Shown here: positions 1-9,977 of the stretch, piece after piece
How positions within the stretch are numbered: position 1 is the first letter of the stretch
Layout: the number at the start of each line of letters is the position of its first letter
Assembly (NCBI GenBank): GCA_038893355.1
Contig: JAWARQ010000008.1
Span: 1 to 34,145, forward strand
Origin: Sulfolobaceae archaeon
Lineage (GTDB): Archaea > Thermoproteota > Thermoprotei_A > Sulfolobales > Sulfolobaceae
Direction: 5' to 3'
Length of the DNA: 34,145 nucleotides
The notes under the pieces: model-generated
The model's input: the letters and a program-made list of their open reading frames with translations, nothing else
What the model was told of the DNA's origin: nothing
Databases searched by the model: none
Position numbers and translations under genes: made by a program

Positions 1-104
1 AAGGTTGGGCTTATGTGGTTTTCTCCTTACTTGTTTATTTATTTTACTCTTGTAATACTTGGTTTTTGTCCGTTCACTTGATTTACGTGGATCCCCCGTA
101 GGAG

Positions 105-935
105 GAGGCAAGACTATAGTTAACCATTGCCTCACTCCTACTTACAGCCCTCGTGTCCCTTGCTAACCTAGCTAAATGAGCCCTACAGTAGGAATTATGG
201 CTCTCTACCGTGTAAGTGTACTCCTTGCCAGCAATATGGTTGCTAAGTACTTGGTAAACTGGGTAATAATCGTGTAATACACTTCACTCTTAGATAGGTA
301 ATTCAAGAGGTAATTGAAAGCCCTATGACCCCTATCGCCAGTCGTGGAAAATGGTACACCATCTAGCAAAGCGTTCCATATCCACAAGTCTATCCTCTTT
401 GGGCCACGCCTAGCCCTCAAGTAAGTCCAACTCTCGTCAATTACCGCAAATTTCGCAGTAAAGACCTTTAGTTGCTCTCGTAGTACTAGTAGGTTTACAT
501 AGGCTTTTACCCCTTTTCTCTTTATAAAACTGTATATCGTAGTTAATGATCTCCCTTCGACCTTTGCTTTTGCCCTTATGCTCATTCTATTCAAGTACTC
601 TTTTAGTATCCTCTCCCTTGTTCTTTACCCATCTTGTGGCTAGGTGCTTGGTAAAATGTTCTTCCGCAAGTTTTGCACTTGTTTTTCCTCTAGACGAGCC
701 GTTCTTTACTATTCTATTTGAGTTACAAGATGGGCATGGTGGCCTTTCTTCCTTTCCCCTCTCGTTTTTTAGTGTAGTAGTATAGTGTTGATTGTGGTAT
801 TCTAGTTCGTGACTTATACTCCTAGTAAGTATGCTGCTATTGTGTAAGCAAGGTCTTCTAGCTTGTATTTTCTCGGCTTAAGGTTTAAATTTTTTAGGAT
901 CAAAGATATTAATTGTACAAGGGTTACGAGGTCAT
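105..935 (-). mobile_element. Degraded IS1-family (ISC1173-like) transposase pseudogene
   Basis: Minus-strand fragments in several frames join into one transposase. They read LVQLISLILKNLNLKPRKYKLEDLAYTIAAYLLGV* (814-935), a zinc ribbon PPCPSCNSNRIVKNGSSRGK/KCKTCGRTFY (~655-750), and the HTH plus DDE core RMSIR..VIDESWTYL..LWIWNAL..TGDR (ORF 205-594). After a frameshift near 270 the reading continues DYYPVYQVL..YTYTVESHNSYCRAHLARLARDTRAV. There are at least three frameshifts and an in-frame stop. Ends are approximate and no TIRs were recognised. Confidence 0.85.
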
Positions 936-1150
936 CTCGTAGACCCTCACATAAGCCTCGTAGCCCTTGCACATAAATGTTTTGTAAAATAATGTTTGTC
1001 CTTACGCTACTAGACCTCTTTAGCAAATAACATTAGAGGGACATTTTTTACGTTAATCTAATATTTTTACAAATATTTTTCGAATTTCATGACTGTTTGA
1101 GAACACCCCCCAAATTATTTTATATTAGAAAAATCCAGAGTTTTCTTGTA

Positions 1151-2362
1151 ATGAAGATATTTAGAATAGCAGAACCTAGCTATGTGGGTACGGGAGGGGA
1201 GTTAAGAGCTTATAAAGTCTTACAACATCTAGGTAGAAAGGCTGAAGTAGTTCTAGTCCCTCCTATTCAGTATCTTTGTAGAAAAGATGCAAGAGAAAAC
1301 CTCGACTTATTAACGAAATATAACATAAAAATACCAGATTTTGTTTTTAAGTATTTAGATAAGTGTAGATTTTCAAGAAATCCCATTTCTATGATGAATA
1401 TTGAGTTAAAATATTACTCTAATTTTATAAAAGAAGCAGAAGAGAGCGACCTCATCTTCTCGGATCACGAATCTTACTTGTATATGAGGGTAATGTCTTA
1501 TTTTAAAGGCAGAACTGGTGTAAAGACTGTTTTATTAAACCAGGCTGGGAATCTCTTAGCTTTGAACAGCATAATGTGGAATCTTAGAGTTAGGGGCCTA
1601 AACCTAACTACTTTACTAAAGTATATAAGAAACCTTTACACATCTAGAGTTTTTAGATATTATGCAAAAGATCTAGACTTTTTATTAGGGGTTTCAAGGG
1701 CCTCAATAGAGGAATTGAAGAAGTTAAGAATAGTAAGGGAAAATATCCCTTCAAAGGTCTTAAATCCACCCTTAGCTTTAGATCTAAACCATCTTCCTAG
1801 ACGAGATATGAAGAAGGAGAACTATGCTATCTTCTTTGCCCGACTCATACCAGAAAAGGGACTCTTTGACCTTATTAAAATATGGAAGGAAGTTAAGAAA
1901 AAACTAAATAACGTTAAACTTATTATTTGCGGAAAATTTTATAGTAGGAGAATAGAGGAAAAATTTCTCTCAATGAAGTCTGAAGATATTGTTTATAAGG
2001 GTTTCCTACCTAGAGAGGAGCTATATTCTTCTGTTGCAAAAGCTAAGGTATTCATATACCCTACCCACTTCGATTCATTCTCGCTTGTTATGCTAGAATC
2101 CCTAGCAATGAAAACACCTGTAGTAGCTTATGGTTTACCTGCAATAGTTGAAATATACGGAAATCTTAATGCAGTAAAGTTAGTAAAGGAATTTGATATA
2201 AAGAGCATGGCAAAAGAGGTTATTAACATATTCAACCTCAAGGAAGAGGATTATGACTCTATGTTTGATAAGAAATATGAAGAATTTATCTCTTTCTACA
2301 GTTCATGGGAAAGAGTAGCAGAAGAGGAGTATAATGTTATCAAACAATTTTTGAATTCATAA
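1151..2362 (+). CDS. Glycosyltransferase family 4 (GT-B)
   Basis: N-terminal GTGGELR, FFARLIPEKG, and the GT4 EX7E-type region DSFSLVMLESLAMKTPVVAY. ATG at 1151 (MKIFRIAEP) is preferred over the ORF-track TTG at 1097. Confidence 0.9.
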   Translation: MKIFRIAEPSYVGTGGELRAYKVLQHLGRKAEVVLVPPIQYLCRKDARENLDLLTKYNIKIPDFVFKYLDKCRFSRNPISMMNIELKYYSNFIKEAEESDLIFSDHESYLYMRVMSYFKGRTGVKTVLLNQAGNLLALNSIMWNLRVRGLNLTTLLKYIRNLYTSRVFRYYAKDLDFLLGVSRASIEELKKLRIVRENIPSKVLNPPLALDLNHLPRRDMKKENYAIFFARLIPEKGLFDLIKIWKEVKKKLNNVKLIICGKFYSRRIEEKFLSMKSEDIVYKGFLPREELYSSVAKAKVFIYPTHFDSFSLVMLESLAMKTPVVAYGLPAIVEIYGNLNAVKLVKEFDIKSMAKEVINIFNLKEEDYDSMFDKKYEEFISFYSSWERVAEEEYNVIKQFLNS

Positions 2363-2393
2363 CTTAAAATAGACTTATATCAATTTATATTTT

Positions 2394-3401
2394 TTATGTC
2401 TGATTGCTGATTAGTCTTTCAATATTATGTTTAAGTCGATTCCTAATTTCGTCTGGAGGTAATTTATTTAAAATACCATCTATTGCAAGATTAAGTCCAG
2501 CTAAGGCGGCTTTCCTATATATTCCCCTATAGCTGGCTTTTAAAAGAAGTCTGAGAAAGCGAAGATGTCTGGGCCTATAACCAATTAGATTTGCTACATA
2601 GGGAAAAAGAAAATGCTCTGCTATCAATTCCAGTTTTCCTTTAAGAGTTGTCGGTGTACTTAGGGACTCTGCTGGAGCGGAATATAATGCTCTTTCTATC
2701 TCTATATTTTCTGCAGAAGCAAGTATTTCAGCAGTGAAATACCCCTTTCTAATGCTATGCAATGCAAGTAAATCTTCATGATGGAAGCCACGTAGAGAAT
2801 GACAAGGAAGTCTAAAATCCTTGTAGACTTCTCTTTTTATGCTCATATTTTCACCAGCTAGGGTTATTGTTTTTACTATTTCACCCATTCTTTTCACTCT
2901 TCTATCTGTTGGTACACCGAATATTGTTAGGTAACCTGCATACTCTCTGAATTCATGTGAGTAAGGTCTATAAAATATTCTCTTTATTAGGCTTCTGATT
3001 TTTGCGTCTAACGTAATAGAAACATCTCCCTTATGTTTTATCTTCCCTCTAAAAGCTCCTGCTTCTGGATACTTTTCATGAAACTTAAGATGATCTTCTA
3101 TCCATTTTTCAGTTGGTATATTATCATCGTCGAGTGTAAGTAAAATATCTGCAGTAGCATTAGAATAGATTAAATTCATAGCCTCTTCTATTTTACCGTA
3201 TTTCTGCTCTATCACCTTAATATCTAGCCTTTTACTGAATTTTTCTATAACATCTAATGTCCTTATATCATCTTCAGAAGGCTTATAGACAACTAAAATC
3301 TCGAAATCTTTATAAGTTTGCCTTGTTAATGCATCTAAGACAAGCACTATCGTAGTACCGTTATTTCTATATGTCGGAATTCCGATTTGTACTTTAACCA
3401 C
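2394..3401 (-). CDS. Glycosyltransferase family 2 (GT-A)
   Basis: N-terminal IGIPTYR..LDALTRQTYKDFEILVV and the DXD-type motif LTLDDD. Confidence 0.88.
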   Translation of the reverse strand: MVKVQIGIPTYRNNGTTIVLVLDALTRQTYKDFEILVVYKPSEDDIRTLDVIEKFSKRLDIKVIEQKYGKIEEAMNLIYSNATADILLTLDDDNIPTEKWIEDHLKFHEKYPEAGAFRGKIKHKGDVSITLDAKIRSLIKRIFYRPYSHEFREYAGYLTIFGVPTDRRVKRMGEIVKTITLAGENMSIKREVYKDFRLPCHSLRGFHHEDLLALHSIRKGYFTAEILASAENIEIERALYSAPAESLSTPTTLKGKLELIAEHFLFPYVANLIGYRPRHLRFLRLLLKASYRGIYRKAALAGLNLAIDGILNKLPPDEIRNRLKHNIERLISNQT

Positions 3402-3893
3402 GAGTTAAAGAACATGAGATGAGTTATAAAAAGATTTAATTACATAGTAGTTTTAACTCTCTCAATCCGAAAATTTTAGAGTAGTAATTATAGGAAAATT
3501 GTTACATTTTTACGTAACGCTAGAAGCATATGAGAAACCCCGTCTTACTAACTAAAGTTTTTATAAATAAAAAATTAAATTAAGAATTAAATTAAAAAAT
3601 ATTTTTTATTAGTTTATGAGTAAATATTACAATTTTTCATGCTATGGAATATCCTTAAACTACTATTAAAGCTATTCTCTTCTATTACTACATAACGTAT
3701 TTTACCTTTCTAATGAAAGTATTATTATTGAGCTAAAAGTCAATATATAAACTATTTCTCCCCATAATATAATAGTGGAAGATGCATTGTAAAAGCAAAA
3801 AGAAAAAGAGTTTATTGTTTAATAAGGTACTTTCACCGTACTGATATTTAATAGTATTTTTATTATTACTAGATTCGAGATTATAAGGGGAAA

Positions 3894-4196
3894 ATGTCTG
3901 TTGATAAGAAGTTTTATGAGTTGCAAGACATGATTTTGGCTAAAGTATCGCTCGAAAAAGTTAGATTACATGTGATGGAAAGGAAGGATAAGACTGTATT
4001 TTCATGGGTTAGTAGAGAATTAAGTGGTTTTTTTAGAAAATTTCAAAATTCGGAAAAATTTAAATTATTAATAAATAAAATTAAAACTGCTATCGAAAAA
4101 TCAGATCATGAAATGCTACTTAAATCCGTAAACGAGACAATTTCTATGCTAACTTTAGAGATAGAGAAGTATTATAGAGAATTACAAGGGCCTTAA
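3894..4196 (+). CDS. Hypothetical helical protein (100 aa)
   Basis: Clean ATG ORF with charged amphipathic-helix composition and a T-rich TATA-like element about 30 nt upstream. No motif recognised. Confidence 0.7.
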   Translation: MSVDKKFYELQDMILAKVSLEKVRLHVMERKDKTVFSWVSRELSGFFRKFQNSEKFKLLINKIKTAIEKSDHEMLLKSVNETISMLTLEIEKYYRELQGP

Positions 4197-4401
4197 TCCT
4201 CCTCTAATAAGCTTTTCCGTCACTTTCATAATTTCGTTTCTTTAGGGCTAGGGACTCTATATGTTTTACCTTTAGCAGATGTGAGTTCGTAGAAAGGAGA
4301 TCGCATCACTAGAGGCAATTCTGCTTTATACTTTTCCTCATAGTCTTAAATTCGGTGATATTAATCCAAAAATATTTAAAAGTTCTATCATTATTATATT
4401 T

Positions 4402-4692
4402 ATGGTAGTATTTATTGTACTCTCGAGGTTGACAGATGAAGGTGCAGAGACTATACTAAAGAATCCTGATAGGATAAGGGAGGTTAATAAAGAGTTTGAA
4501 AGTTACGGCGCAAAGGTTCTAGAGCAGTATGTAGTCTTCGGTGATTTTGATTTTGTTAATATTGTTGAAGTTCAAGACCCTGAAAAGTTCCTAAAGGCCT
4601 TAGTAGAGTTAAACAGTAGGGGTACTATTAGGACAACTTCTTACTTAGCAATAAAAGTTGATAGGTTTATTGAGATTATGAAGAGTAGATAA
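4402..4692 (+). CDS. GYD-domain protein
   Basis: FIVLSRLTDEG..PDR..GAKVLEQYVVFGDFDFVNIVE..GTIRTTS matches the GYD (GxYD-like) dimeric alpha/beta-barrel family pattern. Confidence 0.85.
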   Translation: MVVFIVLSRLTDEGAETILKNPDRIREVNKEFESYGAKVLEQYVVFGDFDFVNIVEVQDPEKFLKALVELNSRGTIRTTSYLAIKVDRFIEIMKSR

Positions 4693-4738
4693 AACTTTTT
4701 TAACAATCCTTTTTTAGCTAGAGCGAGAATATTCTATT

Positions 4739-5335
4739 ATGTCATTAGTACCACCGGGTCAAAGATTCATTAAAAGGTTTATAGTATATGCAGAGTTTGG
4801 AATACCGAGGGTAGACATAAACGAATATTATTTGAGCATAGAAGGTCTTGTCGAGAATTCGTTAAAATTAACTTACGACGAATTAAAGAAATTGCCTCAA
4901 GTCAAGATAAAGAGGGATTTTCATTGTGTTACTGGATGGTCAGTTGCTAGCGTTGAGTGGGAGGGAATTCCTTTTAAGGAATTAGTTAAGATAGTTAAGG
5001 TAAAGCCAGAAGCGAAATGGGTCGTATTCACTTCTTTAGATGGCTATACTACTATAGTCCCTATAGATGATGTAATGGTTGATGATGCTATTATAGCCTT
5101 AAAGATGAATGGTAAGGAACTCCCCTTAGAGCATGGATTTCCTGCTAGGCCAATAATTCCTCACCTTTATGGTTGGAAAAGTGCGAAATGGCTTAATGGT
5201 ATAATTTTTGTTAAGGAGTATATGGACGGTTATTGGGAGGAAAGAGGGTATCATGAGAGGGGAAATGTATGGGAGGAAGAAAGGTTCAAGAACTCTAATA
5301 GTAAGCATCAAAAAAGAAGGCCTGTCTTAATGTAA
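4739..5335 (+). CDS. Sulfite oxidase-like molybdopterin-binding oxidoreductase
   Basis: DFHCVTGWS (Mo-ligating Cys), [24 protein letters not shown] and GYWEERGYH. No signal peptide. Confidence 0.92.
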   Translation: MSLVPPGQRFIKRFIVYAEFGIPRVDINEYYLSIEGLVENSLKLTYDELKKLPQVKIKRDFHCVTGWSVASVEWEGIPFKELVKIVKVKPEAKWVVFTSLDGYTTIVPIDDVMVDDAIIALKMNGKELPLEHGFPARPIIPHLYGWKSAKWLNGIIFVKEYMDGYWEERGYHERGNVWEEERFKNSNSKHQKRRPVLM

Positions 5336-5384
5336 TCAGTGCCGCAGCACCTCATCAAGCTTCAGACACGAGTTCCTTCATCAC
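5336..5384 (-). ncRNA. C/D-box methylation-guide sRNA
   Basis: The minus strand reads GTGATGA-AGGAACTCGTGT-CTGA-AGC-TTGATGA-GGTGCTGCGGCA-CTGA. The C, D', C' and D boxes are consensus or near-consensus, with two 12-nt guides, the canonical archaeal architecture. Confidence 0.88.
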
Positions 5385-5869
5385 TCTTTAGCCAATTTTT
5401 CAACAACTTTCTCTATTTCAGAGTATGGCGGTTCAACCCTAGGATCGTCTGAAACCCATTTCCATCTAACTATGCCATTCTTATCTAGTACGAATACTGC
5501 CCTCTTTGATGCAATATAGCCTTTTAGTGAGGGGATTAAATTCCCGAAGTCAAATTCTAATCCGTATTTTCTTACAGCTTCCCTATTGTAATCACTTAAG
5601 ATTGTAAAGTTTAGATTGTTTTGCTCTTTAAAAGCCTTATTAGAGAATGGCGGATCAACACTTATTCCTACTACTTTTGCATTAAATTTATTGAATTTGG
5701 CTAGAGAGTCCCTAAATGTGCACATTTCTTTAGTGCATACGGAAGTAAAGGCTCCAGGATAAAATGCAAGTATTGTTACACTCCCTTTAAAGTCTGAGAT
5801 CTTTACTGGTTTCAGATCTGTATCTACTAAAGTTACGTCAGGAGCTGGGTCTCCTACATTTACGGGCAT
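5381..5869 (-). CDS. bcp: Peroxiredoxin, Bcp/PrxQ type
   Basis: MPVNVGDPAPD.., FYPGAFTSVCTKEMC (peroxidatic and resolving Cys, CxxxxC), GISVD, LSD and KRAVFVLD. ATG at 5869 is preferred over the GTG at 5983. Confidence 0.92.
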   Translation of the reverse strand: MPVNVGDPAPDVTLVDTDLKPVKISDFKGSVTILAFYPGAFTSVCTKEMCTFRDSLAKFNKFNAKVVGISVDPPFSNKAFKEQNNLNFTILSDYNREAVRKYGLEFDFGNLIPSLKGYIASKRAVFVLDKNGIVRWKWVSDDPRVEPPYSEIEKVVEKLAKE

Positions 5870-6095
5870 GGGTAAATATAAGTTTTCTAGAATATATTTT
5901 TGTCCTAGATAAATCAGATCCTCTTTATATTGGAGAGAATGAATTTCGTTAACAACTCGGATAATATAATTCTCTATAGTCACTAAATATTTTATGAAAT
6001 CATCAGCTTTTGCAATTATCTTCCATTTTTTAGAAGGTTTCGTATGATTATGAGGAGATGTATTTATTAGTAACTAAACTATAAAGTCTTATCGG

Positions 6096-6147
6096 ATGAT
6101 GAAGGTCGGCGACGCGAATTATTGATGTAGAGTCACACCGGCTCTGA
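6096..6147 (+). ncRNA. Candidate C/D-box sRNA
   Basis: ATGATGA (C, 6096-6102), AGGTCGGCGAC, GCGA (degenerate D'), TTGATGT (C'-like, 6122-6128), AGAGTCACACCGGCT, CTGA (D, 6144-6147). It is a GC-rich island in AT-rich intergenic DNA with a TTTATTA element about 30 nt upstream. Confidence 0.65.
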
Positions 6148-6295
6148 TTTCCTAGCCCTGGTAGAATGATAGGTTCAATTACTGCTCTATATAGTGAATA
6201 GGGTGTTATAGTTGATTTTTTATAAATAGCAATAATAGCGTATTAATCCCTTTATTTTCTCGTAATATTGCATTAACGAAATCCTTTTAACTTTT

Positions 6296-8278
6296 ATGAT
6301 GATATTGAAATTAATGATTGAAAATAAATTTCTACCACCTAGATATTTAGAGTTATATAAGAAGGCAATAAATTCCCCTGAAGAATTTTGGAAAGAAGTT
6401 ATAGAAGTTTCATCAAAAGATATATACTGGGCCAGAAAACCCGAGAGGATATTTGAATGGGAATACCCTAAGCCATTTAGATGGTTCATAGGCGGATATA
6501 CTAATGCAGGCTATAGTGCTGTTGATTATAAAGTTAATAGGTGTCCAAACAAGATAGCATATATTTACGTTAATCCAGAGATCGGTATAGAAAGGAAAAT
6601 AACTTATAAGGAGTTCTATGAAGTGGTAAATAGATTCTCTGCATCATTAAGGGCTTTGGGCGTAGGTAAAGGAGATACGGTTCTAGTTTACATGCCAAAC
6701 ACTATTGAGGCTGTAGCTTCAATAATAGCAACAGCTAGAACTGGCGCAGTTTCGTCTACAGTCTTTGCGGGTTTCGCTCCTAAGGCAATAGCTGATAGGA
6801 TAGACCTAGTAAGGCCTAAGGTTATATTTACTCAAGATTATAATATAAGGAGGGGTAAATTAATTAATTTAAAGCAAAATATTGATGACGCTTTAAAGCT
6901 TTCAGAATGGAAAGACGTTAAAGTAGTAGTAACTAGGAGGTTAAGTGATAAGCCAGAACCTAATATGGAGAGGTCTAGGGATATGTATTTAGAAGAGTTT
7001 TTAGAAGTAGGAAAATCTTATGATGCCTCTCCTATCTTCGTAGAGTCTAATGAACCATTACTAATAATGCCCACTTCTGGGACTACTGCAAAACCTAAAC
7101 CAGTAACTCATATGCATGGGGGGTATCAAGTATGGATTTGGTTTGCTGGTAAGATTGTTTATGGACTGGAGGAAAGTGACATTGTATTTAACACTTCCGA
7201 TATAGGCTGGATAGTTGGGCAAAGTTATATAATATTTGATCCCTTAATAAATGCATGTACTTCGATATTATTTGATGGAGCTATAGATAGTCCTAAGCCA
7301 GACATATTCTGGGAAATCGTTGAAAAATATAAACCATCATTAATATCAACATCACCCACTGCAGTTAGAATGCTTTATAAACTAGGCAAGGATAAGGCTA
7401 AGGCTCATGATTTAAGTTCTGTGAGGAGAGTATTAGTTGCCGGCGAAGTTCTGAACCCAGAAGTTTGGAAGTGGTTATATTACGAGATATTCGATGCTAA
7501 GATTCCGGTAATAGATCATATGTGGCAGACTGAAACTAGTGGACCACTATTCGGTTACCCTTATAGCCTAGTAAGGGATATTGGAATAGGTTTAGAAGTA
7601 TTGCCAATAAAGCCAGGCTCTGCAGGGATTCCGATGCCAGGGGTAGAGTTTGAAATAGTTAATGAAAAGGGTGAGGTTCAGCATGAGGAAAATGCTGGAA
7701 TAGTAGTAATAAAGAGACCTTTTCCAGGCTTAACGCCAACATTATGGAATGATCATGAGAGATATTTAAAGGATTATTGGGGAAGGATTGAAGGTAAGAG
7801 GGTATATTATACTGGAGATGCTGCAAAAGTAGATAAGGACGGCTATATCTTCTTCTTGGGAAGGGCTGATGAAGTTATAAAGATAGCAGGGCATAGAATA
7901 GGTACAATTGAGGTCGAGTCCGCATTATTAACTCACCCTGCAGTTGCGGAAGCAGCAGCTGTTGGTGTTCCAGATCCTATAAGGGGCGAGGCTTTAGCCT
8001 TATTTATAACATTAAAGCCCAATTATAAGCCTTCTCAAGAACTTGAGAAGGAATTAATAGAACATTTACGTAAAACTTTTGGTCCTATTGCAGTCGTTGC
8101 AGGAATTAGCTTCATGAACATGTTACCTAAAACTAGGAGCGGAAAGATCATGAGGAGAGTGTTAAAAAGGTTATGGACTGGAGAACCTCTAGGTGACATT
8201 TCAACAATAGAGGATGAGGCGTCTATTGAGGAGATTAAGGAAGTATTAAAAAACATTAAAAAATTGGAATTAAAATAA
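6296..8278 (+). CDS. AMP-forming acetate/short-chain acyl-CoA synthetase
   Basis: P-loop TSGTTAKPK, SDIGWIVG, DHMWQTETSG (retains the Trp before QTE that limits the acyl pocket in acetyl-CoA synthetases), YYTGD and PKTRSGKIMRR. The true start may be ATG 6314. Confidence 0.9.
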   Translation: MMILKLMIENKFLPPRYLELYKKAINSPEEFWKEVIEVSSKDIYWARKPERIFEWEYPKPFRWFIGGYTNAGYSAVDYKVNRCPNKIAYIYVNPEIGIERKITYKEFYEVVNRFSASLRALGVGKGDTVLVYMPNTIEAVASIIATARTGAVSSTVFAGFAPKAIADRIDLVRPKVIFTQDYNIRRGKLINLKQNIDDALKLSEWKDVKVVVTRRLSDKPEPNMERSRDMYLEEFLEVGKSYDASPIFVESNEPLLIMPTSGTTAKPKPVTHMHGGYQVWIWFAGKIVYGLEESDIVFNTSDIGWIVGQSYIIFDPLINACTSILFDGAIDSPKPDIFWEIVEKYKPSLISTSPTAVRMLYKLGKDKAKAHDLSSVRRVLVAGEVLNPEVWKWLYYEIFDAKIPVIDHMWQTETSGPLFGYPYSLVRDIGIGLEVLPIKPGSAGIPMPGVEFEIVNEKGEVQHEENAGIVVIKRPFPGLTPTLWNDHERYLKDYWGRIEGKRVYYTGDAAKVDKDGYIFFLGRADEVIKIAGHRIGTIEVESALLTHPAVAEAAAVGVPDPIRGEALALFITLKPNYKPSQELEKELIEHLRKTFGPIAVVAGISFMNMLPKTRSGKIMRRVLKRLWTGEPLGDISTIEDEASIEEIKEVLKNIKKLELK

Positions 8279-9304
8279 TATTTTACTAAAATTATTTGTT
8301 AAAATAGTTAATATCTCTATTCCTTTATATGCCTTGGGAATCCCGTTATAGGTCGTAACATGAACGTTATAAGCAGTCTCTGCAGTATTTGAGCCAAAAG
8401 TATATAGAGAGGGCACTGGCGTAATTTTTCCACCCTGATTATAATATAGCCCTAGGGTACAATTGAGATAGATAAAAGAAGTAGGTGCTCCATTACCTCC
8501 ACCTCCCCATACTAACTCAGCATCATAGTATAATCCATCTGGTGTATATATATTTCCATTTATCATAATATATGCAGAATTAATCCCTGAATGATATATT
8601 GTAACTTTATCGTAATAGTAGAGTGTATTATATCTAGTATTTCCTATCTGTAGAATCTTATATCCAAACCATATGTATACTGCAGAAGACGAGTAGCTTA
8701 CATTTACTACAAACACTAAAGCTAATGGAAATGAATATGAGTATGAAGGCCCAACATCATAGTAGAAACTTTGGCCTCCTCCTGCTGAAGAAACTTTACC
8801 GTTGCCTATAACTGAATTGGGGTTAAGCGTCGAAATTCTTCCAGTTAGGTTCCATATATTGTTAACAAATGTTAAATAATTCTTATTAGTCTGGAAGACT
8901 CCTACATCTTGTAACCAGTATGCAAATATTCCAGAACTAGAATTTATGAATAATACAATATTGAATTGAAGGCTTGCAGTATACGGATTTACACCATATC
9001 GTAATGCATTCTTATAGTATGCTAACAGTGAAGTTATATTAGCATAACCATACATTCCGTTAGTTTTAATCACATAAGTAACAATATTTCCTGAATAATT
9101 ATAAATACCAAATGATGCTATCCCTGAAGGTGCAGGTGGTGAAGTATAATATAAATAGGGATTTACGTAATGAGAGTTTATGGCATTAGCTACTGAAGAT
9201 TTAGAGGATGATAAGTTTGGTGGAAAGTAATAAATGCTAAAATCTTGTAATGACGGTATTATCGATATTAGTAGAATTAAGATGAATAGGAATTTTGGTT
9301 TCAT
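8270..9304 (-). CDS. Thermopsin-family acid protease (secreted)
   Basis: Signal peptide, then PAPSGIASFG, ASLQFN, YWLQDV, NNIWNLT and YDAELVWGGGGNG, which are thermopsin (peptidase A5) motifs. Confidence 0.9.
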   Translation of the reverse strand: MKPKFLFILILLISIIPSLQDFSIYYFPPNLSSSKSSVANAINSHYVNPYLYYTSPPAPSGIASFGIYNYSGNIVTYVIKTNGMYGYANITSLLAYYKNALRYGVNPYTASLQFNIVLFINSSSGIFAYWLQDVGVFQTNKNYLTFVNNIWNLTGRISTLNPNSVIGNGKVSSAGGGQSFYYDVGPSYSYSFPLALVFVVNVSYSSSAVYIWFGYKILQIGNTRYNTLYYYDKVTIYHSGINSAYIMINGNIYTPDGLYYDAELVWGGGGNGAPTSFIYLNCTLGLYYNQGGKITPVPSLYTFGSNTAETAYNVHVTTYNGIPKAYKGIEILTILTNNFSKILF

Positions 9305-9421
9305 AAGTATAATGTCAAATATGGGTTAAAAAGATCTACTAGAAAATTCAAATTCATATCATTATTATTGATTATATGTATAAATAAAATTTTTAATATA
9401 TAAAAATTTATATTAGGTATA

Positions 9422-9853
9422 TTATTTATCCCTCTTTTCCCATCTCCTCCAATCACCAAATTTCTTATCATATTCCGGACATCCCCTTCTCCAATTTATA
9501 CCCCCAATCCACTCTACGTTAACAAATTTATTATAAAAGAATTTCTCCCTAAAACTTGGATCATCCTTTACGTACTCCTTAACCTTTTCAATAAATTCCC
9601 TCATCTCCTTTTCTGATTCTAAGTAAAATACTATTACTCCTTTGCTAAATAGAGATAATGGAAAAGGAAATATCGAGTACTTCCCTGAAATATACGAGAA
9701 TTTTGATAAAAACTCCTCTAGTGGTATTTTAAGCCCAGAAATAGGAATACCTACCTTATAACAATTAAGAGAGTTTTCATGTTGAATTCCTAATCTAAAA
9801 CTATTCCAGCAAATTTCACACTTTCCCCATTCTTTACCAAACCTTCTCCACAA
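9422..9853 (-). CDS. Hypothetical protein with CxxC and distal Cys/His
   Basis: ORF with [22 protein letters not shown]. The start codon (TTG) is uncertain. Confidence 0.65.
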   Translation of the reverse strand: MWRRFGKEWGKCEICWNSFRLGIQHENSLNCYKVGIPISGLKIPLEEFLSKFSYISGKYSIFPFPLSLFSKGVIVFYLESEKEMREFIEKVKEYVKDDPSFREKFFYNKFVNVEWIGGINWRRGCPEYDKKFGDWRRWEKRDK

Positions 9854-9977
9854 AAGTCTTTACCAATTATATCTCTAGCTCTAAACTATATAAAGCTTAA
9901 ATAAATAAATATACCTCAGCCTACCATTAGACTGCATTTGCCTTTAAAAAGGATAAAAATTGCAATAATAAGTTACT

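Noticed and set aside
546-785. 79-aa + strand ORF
   Set aside because: Antisense shadow of the transposase pseudogene.
960-1095. Possible right end of a second IS (ISH3-like): a short ...LLDLFSK* reading frame followed by TTTTCGAATTTCATGACTG (CAGT- terminus on the minus strand)
   Set aside because: No partner inverted repeat or transposase body in the window. It cannot be supported without an ISfinder search.
3530-3550. GAGAAACCCCGTC resembling an IS200/IS605 end hairpin or an ORB-like box
   Set aside because: The second hairpin arm is missing, there is only one copy, and no cdc6 or tnpB gene is nearby.
4197-4401. Slightly GC-richer intergenic stretch that could hide a small ORF or sRNA
   Set aside because: Only short reading frames with no recognisable motif, and no convincing C/D boxes.
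5870-5983. 38-aa N-terminal extension of Bcp in the ORF track
   Set aside because: Bcp homology starts at MPVNVGD (5869), and a TATA-like element lies within the extension.
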